DNA of 64,000 nt from IMG/VR virus record IMGVR_UViG_2841770359_000005, positions 804 to 64,803 of that record, one strand, 5' to 3'. This DNA is from a virus. Lineage: Duplodnaviria > Caudoviricetes. The position numbers and the translations under genes were made by a program. Shown here in pieces: positions 10,146 through 18,656 of this stretch; position 1 is the first letter of the stretch; each line of letters begins with the position of its first letter. Below the pieces are notes generated by a model, which was not told where the DNA came from, ran no database searches, and was given only the letters and a program-made list of their open reading frames with translations.

Positions 10146-10502
10146 TCACCTCTCAATCAGATCCACTGCGGCGCTTCGATACCAAAAGATACCGTCTCCC
10201 AGGCGGCCTATCTGCTCTTTGCTCATGGTGCCCCGATATGTTGTAATTGTCATGTCTATTCCGTCATCCCGAAAAGTGACGGGGAAAAATCCTATAATGA
10301 TCCCGGACTTAATTAGCACAATATCACTCTCTGGCATAATCCCCCATTTAATGGACACTGTCTTTTTTTGAGCTATGACCTCACCTGCCATTGTCCCATC
10401 CATGAGACGGCCTGTGTCAGATGACCAGATAATTTCATCATTTACAGATATGGATACAGGAGCCGGAAGAACTATGTCCCCGGCCCTTAAAATCTCTTTC
10501 AA
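10146..10502 (-). CDS. Distal tail protein (DUF6711-like)
   Basis: 118 aa after TMP; WSSDTGR...G.M...K..I.W motif. Confidence 0.75.
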   Translation of the reverse strand: MKEILRAGDIVLPAPVSISVNDEIIWSSDTGRLMDGTMAGEVIAQKKTVSIKWGIMPESDIVLIKSGIIIGFFPVTFRDDGIDMTITTYRGTMSKEQIGRLGDGIFWYRSAAVDLIER

Positions 10503-10515
10503 TATATACCACCTC

Positions 10516-13500
10516 TTATATCACCTTTACAGGATTATATCTCATATCAAGTCCATCCTGTATTGCCTGGACAGCCCTTGCCAGCAATTCTCCATCCAGA
10601 TAAAATCCCATCTGCCCCAATGCTGTAACAATCCGCATCACAGCATTATTGACAATAGATTCCAGTTCTGCTTTACTGACGCCTCCAGAACCAGCCACAG
10701 CCCTGACTGCGGCATTGACCATTTCCTGCATCTTGTCTTCTGGAGCTACGATCTCACCATACCGTTTATTGTCACCAATCATTGCAAGCTGCGGCGTGTT
10801 GGCTTTCACATATCCGCCTTGTGCCAGATATGGAATCTGTGGTGCTGACCAGTAGGGAAGGTCAAAACCTATTGAGGAGAAACCTGTAAGGTCTTCCAGC
10901 CATCCCGGCAAATCTATGCTTATACTGTTCAGGGCGCCTGCAACTCCATTTACCATCACTTCGACAGCATACAGCAGTCCATTGATTAGTCCTATGACAA
11001 TATTGATTGGGGATTTCACGATATCTACAAAGCCATTCCATACACCGGATAGTATGTTTTTTATACCATCCCATGCACGGCTCCAATCACCAGTAAACAC
11101 CCCTGCCACAAAGTCGATGACACCTTTAAATACTTGCTTGATATCACTAACTATGTTCGTTATGTTCTTCAGGAGTCCATTTATTACTTTCCCGATAATT
11201 CCAAATTCTGTTGTCCAGTCATGAGTAAATACATTTTTCAGGAAATCCATAAATTCCTGGAATTTTTTCTTCACGAACTCCCACACTTCTTTTGCTTTGG
11301 CTGATATCTCATCCCAATTCTTTATGATGAGGACACCTATTGCAATTGCCGCTCCTATAGCTAATACTACTGGATTGAAGCCTGTAGACAACTTCTTTAA
11401 AATACCAATGAGACCTCCTGCTTTTGATATGGCCTGCCCAATCCCCGAAACAAATGTCGTTAGTTTCCAGGCCGCAAAAAAACTCGCGACAATGATAGCT
11501 ATATTCTGTATAGTCTCCGGATTCTCCAGACACCAATCTGAAAACTTTTTAAGCAGATCAGTGATAATCTGCATTGCTGCGATAAACACATCACCTGCCC
11601 ACTCTCCTAATGGTTTTAAAAGATTATCAAATAACCATTGTCCCAGAGGCTGTAAAGCTGTCAAAATTGCATTTAACGCTCCCAATGCTGCTGACAACAT
11701 ATCCAAAAAAGTTGGGACTGCTGTCTGTATTGCCCACCCCGCTATTGGAAGTAGCACGTTGTCCCAAAACCAGGCAAGGCCATCACCAACAGTCTCGGCA
11801 AACGGAGCAATAGCTTCCAGTAACGTCTGCACAGATGTTAATAATGGGCTAAAATCGAGCTCTCCTGCCCACTCAGCCGTAGAACTAATGATCTGCTTTA
11901 TAGTGTCTAAAATTGTGTTGAATATATCAAATAGCGCCTGCACAATCGCGGTTCCTGTCTCGTTTTTATTCCATGCCTCATCCAACCCGGCTGCAATGTT
12001 TCCTACCAGATTAAAAATCCCCTGGAATATCTGTAAAATATTTGTAAGTACCAGCGTCCCAGAACCATTTGTCCACACATCAAGAAAACTTTTCCCAATG
12101 TCTTTTATCAACTGCCAAACATACCCCAGAGCCGTCTTCATGCTATTGATTGTGTTCTGTCCCTCTGCGGCCCATGCCTCTTTAAATGGGTCAAATATGC
12201 GTGCCAGAACGTTTTTAAATTTCTCTACCCAGGGTATCGTAGCCGCATCTAACAATGACGGGTCAATAGATGGCTGCACCAAAACAGGAGCGTTTGATAA
12301 AGTTTCATTACCAGTATCATCCCCTGTGTCCGTATTACTATTGTCATCAATCTTATTAATAGCGTCAAATCCCATAAGAGACCGCTGTAGTATCTCATTT
12401 GCTTTTGCAGCCCCTTTAACCGAATCTGCGGCCTTGTCAGATGCTGTGCCATATACCCCCATTGCATCCTTGGCATCAATTAGGCCTTGCGTAGCCTGAT
12501 AGCTTTGCTGATATGTTTTGCCAAAAAGTTGACTGATAAATGACGCTACATAAGCGGATGCCTTTGCCAGAGCAGCCATAAGCGTATTTATAGCTGGCAA
12601 TATTGCTTGATATATTGGAGTAAATGCGACCATCAAATTTGTCTTTATTTGCGCCAGAGAATTGCTGAACTGCTCATTTGTCATTAATGACTGAGAAAGA
12701 GATCGTGCCATTGCAGTGATGCCTTTGACGATCATTGGTAAGACAATCATCCATTTGAACATTTGCCGCATGGTACCGCCAAGTCCATTCTTGAAATAAT
12801 CATTGTTTTTCTTAGCAGATTTTGCAGCACTCCCAAACAGGTGAAAACCCTTTGTTGTTTTACTTGCAGCTTTTGTTGTGGCGTTCATCAATTTAGGGAG
12901 ACCTGCAAAACTTTTACTTGCGCTCCTGGCAGCGTCTTTAGAAATCGCACTTTCAGTTGGCATAACCTTCTTAAAAGCCGCATTTTCAGTTGGCATTCCC
13001 TTTATTTTCGTAGCGGACTGCATTTTGCTCTCCAGATTATTATATTTTAATCCAAGGGCATCCATTTTATTTATGAGCCGCACAATGCTGCTCTCTGTCT
13101 TTAAAATCTGCTCGTTGAGCTGATTCCTTTTCTTGTCGTTAAATGTAGCTTCATATTGTCTGCGCAGTTCTGCAAGCTTCTGTTTTTGTCCTCCGATTTT
13201 CGATTCAACAAGGTCCATCTCTTTTTCGATGGTTTCCATTTGGCTTTTTAGTACATCTGTATTTACCCCGACATTTGTTTTGGGTGCCATTGTTGGGGGA
13301 GCACGCGGAGTTTTTATACCTTTATCTGCCCTTTTAGGCATGACCACCTTCCTTGGTGCCCGTCCGGATGGCATTTTCACCTGTGTCATCTTTTTCAGCA
13401 GTGCGTCTATCTGTCTTGACAGATTATCCATTGTCTTTTTAAGATTTGAATTTAACAATTTCGTCATATCATTGACAAGTCTTGAAAGTTGTCCATCTAA

Positions 13501-13626
13501 ACCGGACTTATTTACGGCATTCGCAATCTGTTTACCGATGCTTTCCGCGGCTTCCTTTATTTGCTTATCCAGGTCACCTTGCACTTCCATATCAAGCGAT
13601 ATCTTACCAATGCTTTCATTGGACAT
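10516..13626 (-). CDS. Tape measure protein
   Basis: 1036 aa, helical, periodic W/F repeats, LMGFDAINK and IPYLAQGG motifs. Confidence 0.9.
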   Translation of the reverse strand: MSNESIGKISLDMEVQGDLDKQIKEAAESIGKQIANAVNKSGLDGQLSRLVNDMTKLLNSNLKKTMDNLSRQIDALLKKMTQVKMPSGRAPRKVVMPKRADKGIKTPRAPPTMAPKTNVGVNTDVLKSQMETIEKEMDLVESKIGGQKQKLAELRRQYEATFNDKKRNQLNEQILKTESSIVRLINKMDALGLKYNNLESKMQSATKIKGMPTENAAFKKVMPTESAISKDAARSASKSFAGLPKLMNATTKAASKTTKGFHLFGSAAKSAKKNNDYFKNGLGGTMRQMFKWMIVLPMIVKGITAMARSLSQSLMTNEQFSNSLAQIKTNLMVAFTPIYQAILPAINTLMAALAKASAYVASFISQLFGKTYQQSYQATQGLIDAKDAMGVYGTASDKAADSVKGAAKANEILQRSLMGFDAINKIDDNSNTDTGDDTGNETLSNAPVLVQPSIDPSLLDAATIPWVEKFKNVLARIFDPFKEAWAAEGQNTINSMKTALGYVWQLIKDIGKSFLDVWTNGSGTLVLTNILQIFQGIFNLVGNIAAGLDEAWNKNETGTAIVQALFDIFNTILDTIKQIISSTAEWAGELDFSPLLTSVQTLLEAIAPFAETVGDGLAWFWDNVLLPIAGWAIQTAVPTFLDMLSAALGALNAILTALQPLGQWLFDNLLKPLGEWAGDVFIAAMQIITDLLKKFSDWCLENPETIQNIAIIVASFFAAWKLTTFVSGIGQAISKAGGLIGILKKLSTGFNPVVLAIGAAIAIGVLIIKNWDEISAKAKEVWEFVKKKFQEFMDFLKNVFTHDWTTEFGIIGKVINGLLKNITNIVSDIKQVFKGVIDFVAGVFTGDWSRAWDGIKNILSGVWNGFVDIVKSPINIVIGLINGLLYAVEVMVNGVAGALNSISIDLPGWLEDLTGFSSIGFDLPYWSAPQIPYLAQGGYVKANTPQLAMIGDNKRYGEIVAPEDKMQEMVNAAVRAVAGSGGVSKAELESIVNNAVMRIVTALGQMGFYLDGELLARAVQAIQDGLDMRYNPVKVI

Positions 13627-13659
13627 TCCAGTCCCTCCTTCCTATTTTGATATAAAGCA

Positions 13660-13995
13660 TTAGCCAAATGCTCTTGCTAATGTTTCTTGAAGGCTTGATA
13701 CCGCTTTCTCCATCTCTGCCTCTGTCATTTCCTCTTTCAGGCTGTGTTTGCTCCTCCAGTCATTCCGGATTCGATTTTCTTCAGGGGAAAAATGTTTCAA
13801 GATCTCTTTATTTTCCTCGCATCGGGTTGCTACAATCTTTCCCAGGGGCGTCTCAGGCATTAATCCCGACAAGAGCACGGTAAACTCCTTCCAGTCCATT
13901 TCTGTTTCGATCAAGCGGATGCCATACTGAGTAAGGAAGGAAGCTTCTATCAGCTCCCAGTCCTCTTCCAGATCATACCAGTGATTTACTTTTTT
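13660..13995 (-). CDS. Tail assembly chaperone GT part (Gp15-like), reached by -1 frameshift
   Basis: -1 frame open from A_AAA_AAG (13995-13989): KVNHWYDLEEDWELIEASFLTQYGIRL... Confidence 0.75.
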   Translation of the reverse strand, partial: KKVNHWYDLEEDWELIEASFLTQYGIRLIETEMDWKEFTVLLSGLMPETPLGKIVATRCEENKEILKHFSPEENRIRNDWRSKHSLKEEMTEAEMEKAVSSLQETLARAFG

Positions 13996-14330
13996 CCTTT
14001 ATTCTTCGCCTCGTCTTTGGACATCTTCTCCACTTCCTCCAGTTCAACATCCCCGATCGCGGCCATTATCACATTTGCGATAGTAACAATCATCGGCATT
14101 GGAAGGTCCTGCTCATCAATGTAATCTGCGGCTTCTTTGCCAAGGGCGGTGGTGATGATTTTGTCCAGCTTCTCCACCTCATTCAGCTTCTTGTCATCAG
14201 AGATACCCTGAATATACAACACCGCACTCTTACCTGTGTTAATCTTATAGCTGTGTTCCTCATCAATCTTTACTGTCGGTTTTTCCTTCCCGCTCTTCAT
14301 TCTCTCTGCAATATCGTAAAAACGTGCCAT
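13986..14330 (-). CDS. Tail assembly chaperone G
   Basis: Between major tail protein and TMP; GGAGGAG RBS; ends in a slippery heptamer. Confidence 0.8.
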   Translation of the reverse strand: MARFYDIAERMKSGKEKPTVKIDEEHSYKINTGKSAVLYIQGISDDKKLNEVEKLDKIITTALGKEAADYIDEQDLPMPMIVTIANVIMAAIGDVELEEVEKMSKDEAKNKGKK

Positions 14331-14340
14331 ATTCTCCTCC

Positions 14341-14790
14341 TCATACTTCGGCTGCAGGGGTATATTCCGGTTTGCCATCCCCATGCATCGTAAATTCTAA
14401 AGGTGCAACATTAGTAGAATCACCACCACCAATATTTGTAACGTCAAGAACGCAGTCAAATTCCATTTTTGCGCCATCCGGAAATTCTATTGCTCCCTTC
14501 GTGGAGCAGTCAAGCCCATCCTTCATGGCTACTTCTGCGACATAGTCATTCCCGGGGTCACCTACACAACGCTTGCCTTTCATGTCAAAACTAAAGGATT
14601 TACCGGTCATTAAGTTACTGGCCCATCCACTCTTGTCCATAGACGTCCAATTCTCTACATTGCCCTCAATAGACAATCCGAAACTCTCCAGTTCCGCAAT
14701 TTCCGCCATATCGGCAGCTTCACTTACTTTTCCCTTTGTCCCAATCTTAAATTTTAATTTATAGACTGGGAATACTCCTAAAAATGCCAT
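14341..14790 (-). CDS. Major tail tube protein
   Basis: Size, synteny, GKR..GDPG.DY and GGG.S....LEF motifs. Confidence 0.85.
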   Translation of the reverse strand: MAFLGVFPVYKLKFKIGTKGKVSEAADMAEIAELESFGLSIEGNVENWTSMDKSGWASNLMTGKSFSFDMKGKRCVGDPGNDYVAEVAMKDGLDCSTKGAIEFPDGAKMEFDCVLDVTNIGGGDSTNVAPLEFTMHGDGKPEYTPAAEV

Positions 14791-14793
14791 ACT

Positions 14794-15183
14794 CTATCCT
14801 TTCTTGTAGTAAACTACAAAATTGATTACAAACTCATAGTAACCTTTGCTATCTGTCCCCACGCCGACTGGTTCACTGGTCCGCATGTCAAACATAATAA
14901 CTTCATTTCTGCCAATTGATCCATTCTGACCAAACAGGCAATCGTACACCTCCTGCGCCTTCTGCTCTGCCGGAGTGTAACTGGTCCCCCAGTGCACAAG
15001 GACCGATACAGCCTTTGTACCATACCTTGATTTCCCTAAACCTCCAATAGGTATACGAGGAGCTGGCCCCTGAGTAGGATATACGGTTATACTGTACTCT
15101 TCGTCCTCAAATCGTTTGCCAACGTACCATTGAGGGCAGTCAATCCTACTTTTCAAATAATCTTTTACTTCTTTCAGTATCAT
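14794..15183 (-). CDS. Tail terminator / minor capsid protein
   Basis: Synteny; GTD..G.YEFVINF C-terminus. Confidence 0.75.
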   Translation of the reverse strand: MILKEVKDYLKSRIDCPQWYVGKRFEDEEYSITVYPTQGPAPRIPIGGLGKSRYGTKAVSVLVHWGTSYTPAEQKAQEVYDCLFGQNGSIGRNEVIMFDMRTSEPVGVGTDSKGYYEFVINFVVYYKKG

Positions 15184-15560
15184 GTGACCAGCCCGCCTCC
15201 TAATTGTTTCAAGAATTTACCATATGTCTCCTTCACAAAGTGTCTCTTTTCGCCATCAATATAGGTCTGCATCCATAGGCCCCCTGCGTACTGGTTTTTA
15301 TCCTGGCGGAAGTCATATTCAGGATGCCAATACAGCCTGCGGGCGTATGGCTCGTCAAAGATGATCTTTGCCACCATCTTCTTTACATCAATCTCTACAA
15401 AACCGCTTCGCTCCAGTTCTCCAGTATTTTTTGGTACCGTTTGCGACATCCTGATATCCGACAGCACAGCCTCCACTGTAAGCTCAAAAGCTTTCTGGGC
15501 AATCTCTTGCAACTTCCTAATCTTGTTCGGATACAAGGCAACCTTTACTTTTGTTCCCAT
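15180..15560 (-). CDS. Neck/minor capsid protein (HK97 gp10-like)
   Basis: VPKNTGELERS...PYARRLY motif. Confidence 0.75.
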   Translation of the reverse strand: MGTKVKVALYPNKIRKLQEIAQKAFELTVEAVLSDIRMSQTVPKNTGELERSGFVEIDVKKMVAKIIFDEPYARRLYWHPEYDFRQDKNQYAGGLWMQTYIDGEKRHFVKETYGKFLKQLGGGLVT

Positions 15561-15898
15561 CAGATCAACCTCAATTCCGTAAAATTTACAGTACCATCGG
15601 GATTCCTGGCCTTGTTTGCCTGGAAAATACCCCTCTTAACACCAAATATTGTAACCTTACCGCCAGAGATGACCGGCAACTCCGGGCAGATATCCCCCGG
15701 TAACATAGCCACCCCAGAAAGTTGTATCTGCTTACCTTCCGCCGTCAGTACAGTCTTTGCAGTATCCTGATAATTACATTTCAAATCTGCCTCAAATGCA
15801 GGGATAGGACCGCCGTCTTCGGTCAGCCCTTCCCGTACAATATAAATATGGATATCTGTATTGCAAAATCGTTTTGGTACCAAACATGGATATTTCAT
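15560..15898 (-). CDS. Head closure protein
   Basis: Synteny; RNPDGTV motif. Confidence 0.7.
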   Translation of the reverse strand: MKYPCLVPKRFCNTDIHIYIVREGLTEDGGPIPAFEADLKCNYQDTAKTVLTAEGKQIQLSGVAMLPGDICPELPVISGGKVTIFGVKRGIFQANKARNPDGTVNFTELRLI

Positions 15899-15902
15899 GG
15901 TA

Positions 15903-16295
15903 TCACCTCGCTAACCGGCAGCATAGGCCCGTTTGGGATAAGAGTGCATAAATATCTTTTCGCATAGCCACGCCTTTATCTGTGTAAACATTCCATGACT
16001 GCGTAAACTGCATTGCGGTCCCATTAATGCTGTAGCTGCTCAAAACAGTCTCTATGACTTCCGCATTCTCATACTCAAAGTCAGCTTGTTCACAGATCAC
16101 TTCCCGAATGACATCCTGTTGGAAGGCTGTCAGATTTGAAAATCCCTGGCCCACAATCCTATTGTAAGTCAGGGAATCTATATGCCGGCTTGCCTGTTTG
16201 AGGTACCGTTGGCACTCATCACTTTTTAACACGGTGCCTTGATACGTCTCAAAATAATATGTTTCATCCGCATAGGGCTTGTACATATCACTCAC
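15903..16295 (-). CDS. Head-tail connector protein
   Basis: ASRHID..T.NRI and L..TGL motifs. Confidence 0.75.
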   Translation of the reverse strand: MSDMYKPYADETYYFETYQGTVLKSDECQRYLKQASRHIDSLTYNRIVGQGFSNLTAFQQDVIREVICEQADFEYENAEVIETVLSSYSINGTAMQFTQSWNVYTDKGVAMRKDIYALLSQTGLCCRLAR

Positions 16296-16566
16296 CGGCT
16301 CTCTTACTTGCTGGCTTCTTCTCCGCTTTGATTGTTTCCAGTTCCTTCTGGAGACCTGTCTTTTCCTCCTGCAGGTCCGTACATAACCTCTGCAGGCGTT
16401 CCACTTCTTTCACGGCCTGCATATGTTCATCATAGGGCACAGTTTTTCCTGCCCCGTAAGCAATCACCTCTCCATTATCATCTCTGATATCATAGCCGTC
16501 ATTCTGGTACTGTGCTTTCATGCTCTCATCAATGGTGTATACCTTATTTCCTCTTTCTGCTGTCAT
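16288..16566 (-). CDS. Hypothetical head-associated protein
   Basis: ORF directly after the capsid gene, C-terminal coiled coil. Confidence 0.65.
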   Translation of the reverse strand: MTAERGNKVYTIDESMKAQYQNDGYDIRDDNGEVIAYGAGKTVPYDEHMQAVKEVERLQRLCTDLQEEKTGLQKELETIKAEKKPASKRAGE

Positions 16567-16567
16567 A

Positions 16568-17479
16568 TCATGCACCTGCCCCTTCTGCTTCTGCGTTGAT
16601 GGCAATACCACAGGCCTTGCGCTCAATCAGGAAGGTATCTGTGTAGTAGCGGTTCTGGTATACATATTTGTCAGCCGTCCTGGAATCAGAACCCGGGGTA
16701 AACAGCTTCATGTAGGCATATTTATCACGGCTGATCACACAGGAAGGATGTACCAGAATCATATTAATCTGTTTACCGTCTGCAGCCGGTACGCATCCAG
16801 TAGTGAAGTCATACTTTGTCTTAAACCTTGCGGAAGGCACTGTTTTGATCGCCACATCATCCAGGCCATGTACACGGCGGTCAATCACCCCGGCAGCCCC
16901 GGCATTAATTGCCCTGGTAATTCCATCCGCACTTTTCAGGATTTTATTGATTGCAGACGTCACATACAGCACACGGCCTTCCTGCGGTACGGATTTGTCA
17001 TCCATAATCGCCATCTGCTCGTCAAACCACTCCAGGATATTGGCTGCCGTCAATACCGTATTGTCAATAACCGCTCCCTGCCCTGCGTATGTTTTGGCTT
17101 CTGCATACAGCTTTGAGAATCTATAGCTATCCTTTTCCGGAATAGCCTGCTCCTCCTCAAATACATTCTGGATATTTGCCATCTCAGTGACAAGGTTAGT
17201 CTCGTCAATGTCCATCGGGTCAATCGGGATCTCAATATCCCTGTCATGGGTAAGTTTCTTCGGCTCCCAATCGTTGCTTACTGTTCCGGCATTGAACCCC
17301 ATTGTATTACGATTGTGGTCTTTATACCCCGATACGGTCAATCTTGGGATTTTAATCGTCTGGGCATTCAAAAACTTGATGCCCTGGTTAGAGAGTGTAA
17401 GATCGTTAGATACCAGTTCTCTCGTGTACTTCTGCGCAAGCTCGCGCATGAATAATTCTGCATAATCATATACTGCCAT
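16568..17479 (-). CDS. Major capsid protein
   Basis: 303 aa after scaffold; TIKIP, HDR....DPMD.DET and PE.D.YRFSKL motifs. Confidence 0.9.
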   Translation of the reverse strand: MAVYDYAELFMRELAQKYTRELVSNDLTLSNQGIKFLNAQTIKIPRLTVSGYKDHNRNTMGFNAGTVSNDWEPKKLTHDRDIEIPIDPMDIDETNLVTEMANIQNVFEEEQAIPEKDSYRFSKLYAEAKTYAGQGAVIDNTVLTAANILEWFDEQMAIMDDKSVPQEGRVLYVTSAINKILKSADGITRAINAGAAGVIDRRVHGLDDVAIKTVPSARFKTKYDFTTGCVPAADGKQINMILVHPSCVISRDKYAYMKLFTPGSDSRTADKYVYQNRYYTDTFLIERKACGIAINAEAEGAGA

Positions 17480-17493
17480 AATTCTTTATCTCC

Positions 17494-18141
17494 TTATTTT
17501 TTATTGCCAAAAATAGCCGATAACTGGTCATTCTGGCTCGTCTGCTGTTGCTGTCCGGAAGCCCCTACCTGTACAAAACCCGTCTGCCCTGCCGGTGCAG
17601 GTTTTAAAGCCGGAACATCCTCCAGGACCTTATTTAAGGCCGTTTTCATAGCTTCATCGTTGATTTTCCCATCCTGTCCCATAGCCTGGCTTAAATCGGC
17701 CATTTTGAGGACATATGGGATAGTTTTTGCGTCAATCCCCAAGCCGACTGCCGCCATAGTGGCCGCTGCCTGTACCTGTGCCTGCTGTGCTGCTGCCTGG
17801 GCCTGCGCCGCCTGTGTCTGCAGTGCATTCACATCTGGCTGCTGTGCTGCCTTTTGCTCTTTAAACGTTGCAATGGCCTGTTCAACTTCCTGTTGGCTAA
17901 GTCCCTGCTGTTTAAAGTATGCCTTCAGGGCCGTGTCTTCTTTTGCGGACAAAGTGCCCTCCAGCATTGTCTGGATCTTATTGTAATCGATCTGCGGCGC
18001 TGTGGGTGGCTGTGCCCCTGCCTGCTGGGTCTGCTGGCCGTCTCCTGTTCCTCCGCCTCCTGCGGCCCCACCGTCTCCGGTCCCAGGCTCTGCAAAAAAC
18101 TGTAAATCCATAGGTAATATACATCTAAATTTTTTAAACAT
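17494..18141 (-). CDS. Capsid scaffolding protein with N-terminal Prp-type cleavage motif (DLQFF/A)
   Basis: Helical Q/A-rich protein before capsid; MDLQFFAE. Confidence 0.85.
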   Translation of the reverse strand: MFKKFRCILPMDLQFFAEPGTGDGGAAGGGGTGDGQQTQQAGAQPPTAPQIDYNKIQTMLEGTLSAKEDTALKAYFKQQGLSQQEVEQAIATFKEQKAAQQPDVNALQTQAAQAQAAAQQAQVQAAATMAAVGLGIDAKTIPYVLKMADLSQAMGQDGKINDEAMKTALNKVLEDVPALKPAPAGQTGFVQVGASGQQQQTSQNDQLSAIFGNKK

Positions 18142-18248
18142 GTAATTTCTCCTTTCCATTTTGAGGGTGTCACCCTACAATCCATTGTCATCGGTGTCAC
18201 CGGCCACGCATCTTTTTCAGCCATATCGTGTTTGGGCATAAAAATAAG

Positions 18249-18298
18249 GCAGCTTCACCCCGCCGCCCAGAGGGAGATTCAGGATCACCGCCTTTCTA
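18249..18298 (-). promoter_or_regulatory. Conserved 50-bp cis element (extended SD-like tract plus GC-rich structure), copy 1
   Basis: 49/50 identical to 60005-60054; contains GGATCACCGCCTTTCTA on +. Confidence 0.75.
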
Positions 18299-18334
18299 TC
18301 TGCCCTTGCCTTTCTTACCACCTTTACATGCCAT
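18296..18334 (-). CDS. 12-aa K/G-rich micro-ORF MACKGGKKGKGR
   Basis: AGGAGGTGA RBS; homologous micro-ORF at 60052-60096. Confidence 0.6.
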   Translation of the reverse strand: MACKGGKKGKGR

Positions 18335-18378
18335 ATCGCTCACCTCCTTTATTGCGCCGGCGCAAATAATTGGATACA

Positions 18379-18410
18379 AAAATACCACCTGCCATTTCTG
18401 ACTGGTGGTA
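18379..18410 (-). terminator. Hairpin plus U-tract after the immunity gene
   Basis: TACCACCAG...CAGGTGGTATTTT on minus strand; near-identical copy at 60847-60877. Confidence 0.6.
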
Positions 18411-18656
18411 TCATGATGCCCTGCATACTTTTTCTGGTATTTCTCCTTGTTCAATTACCCTGGCAAGTTTACTGTGTGCCAGAAGAGTATCCGCGCTGCC
18501 TATTGCTGATTCTTTTATGATTTCATATTCATGCCTGGGGTATTGTAATGACAACTTTATCTTACCATCCAGGTTGTCCATGCTGTCCCCGTATCCATAT
18601 ACCACATACTTATCAGTCTTTTCCAATAAGCTCATGCAGATTATCGGTCTCGCCAT
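18411..18656 (-). CDS. Putative immunity protein for the MuF C-terminal toxin
   Basis: 81 aa, GGAGG RBS, overlaps the 3' end of the minor capsid gene. Confidence 0.55.
   Translation of the reverse strand: MARPIICMSLLEKTDKYVVYGYGDSMDNLDGKIKLSLQYPRHEYEIIKESAIGSADTLLAHSKLARVIEQGEIPEKVCRAS

Noticed and set aside
18282-18298. 16S rRNA gene fragment
   Set aside because: Only 17 nt matching the 3' tail; better explained as an extended SD on the opposite strand.
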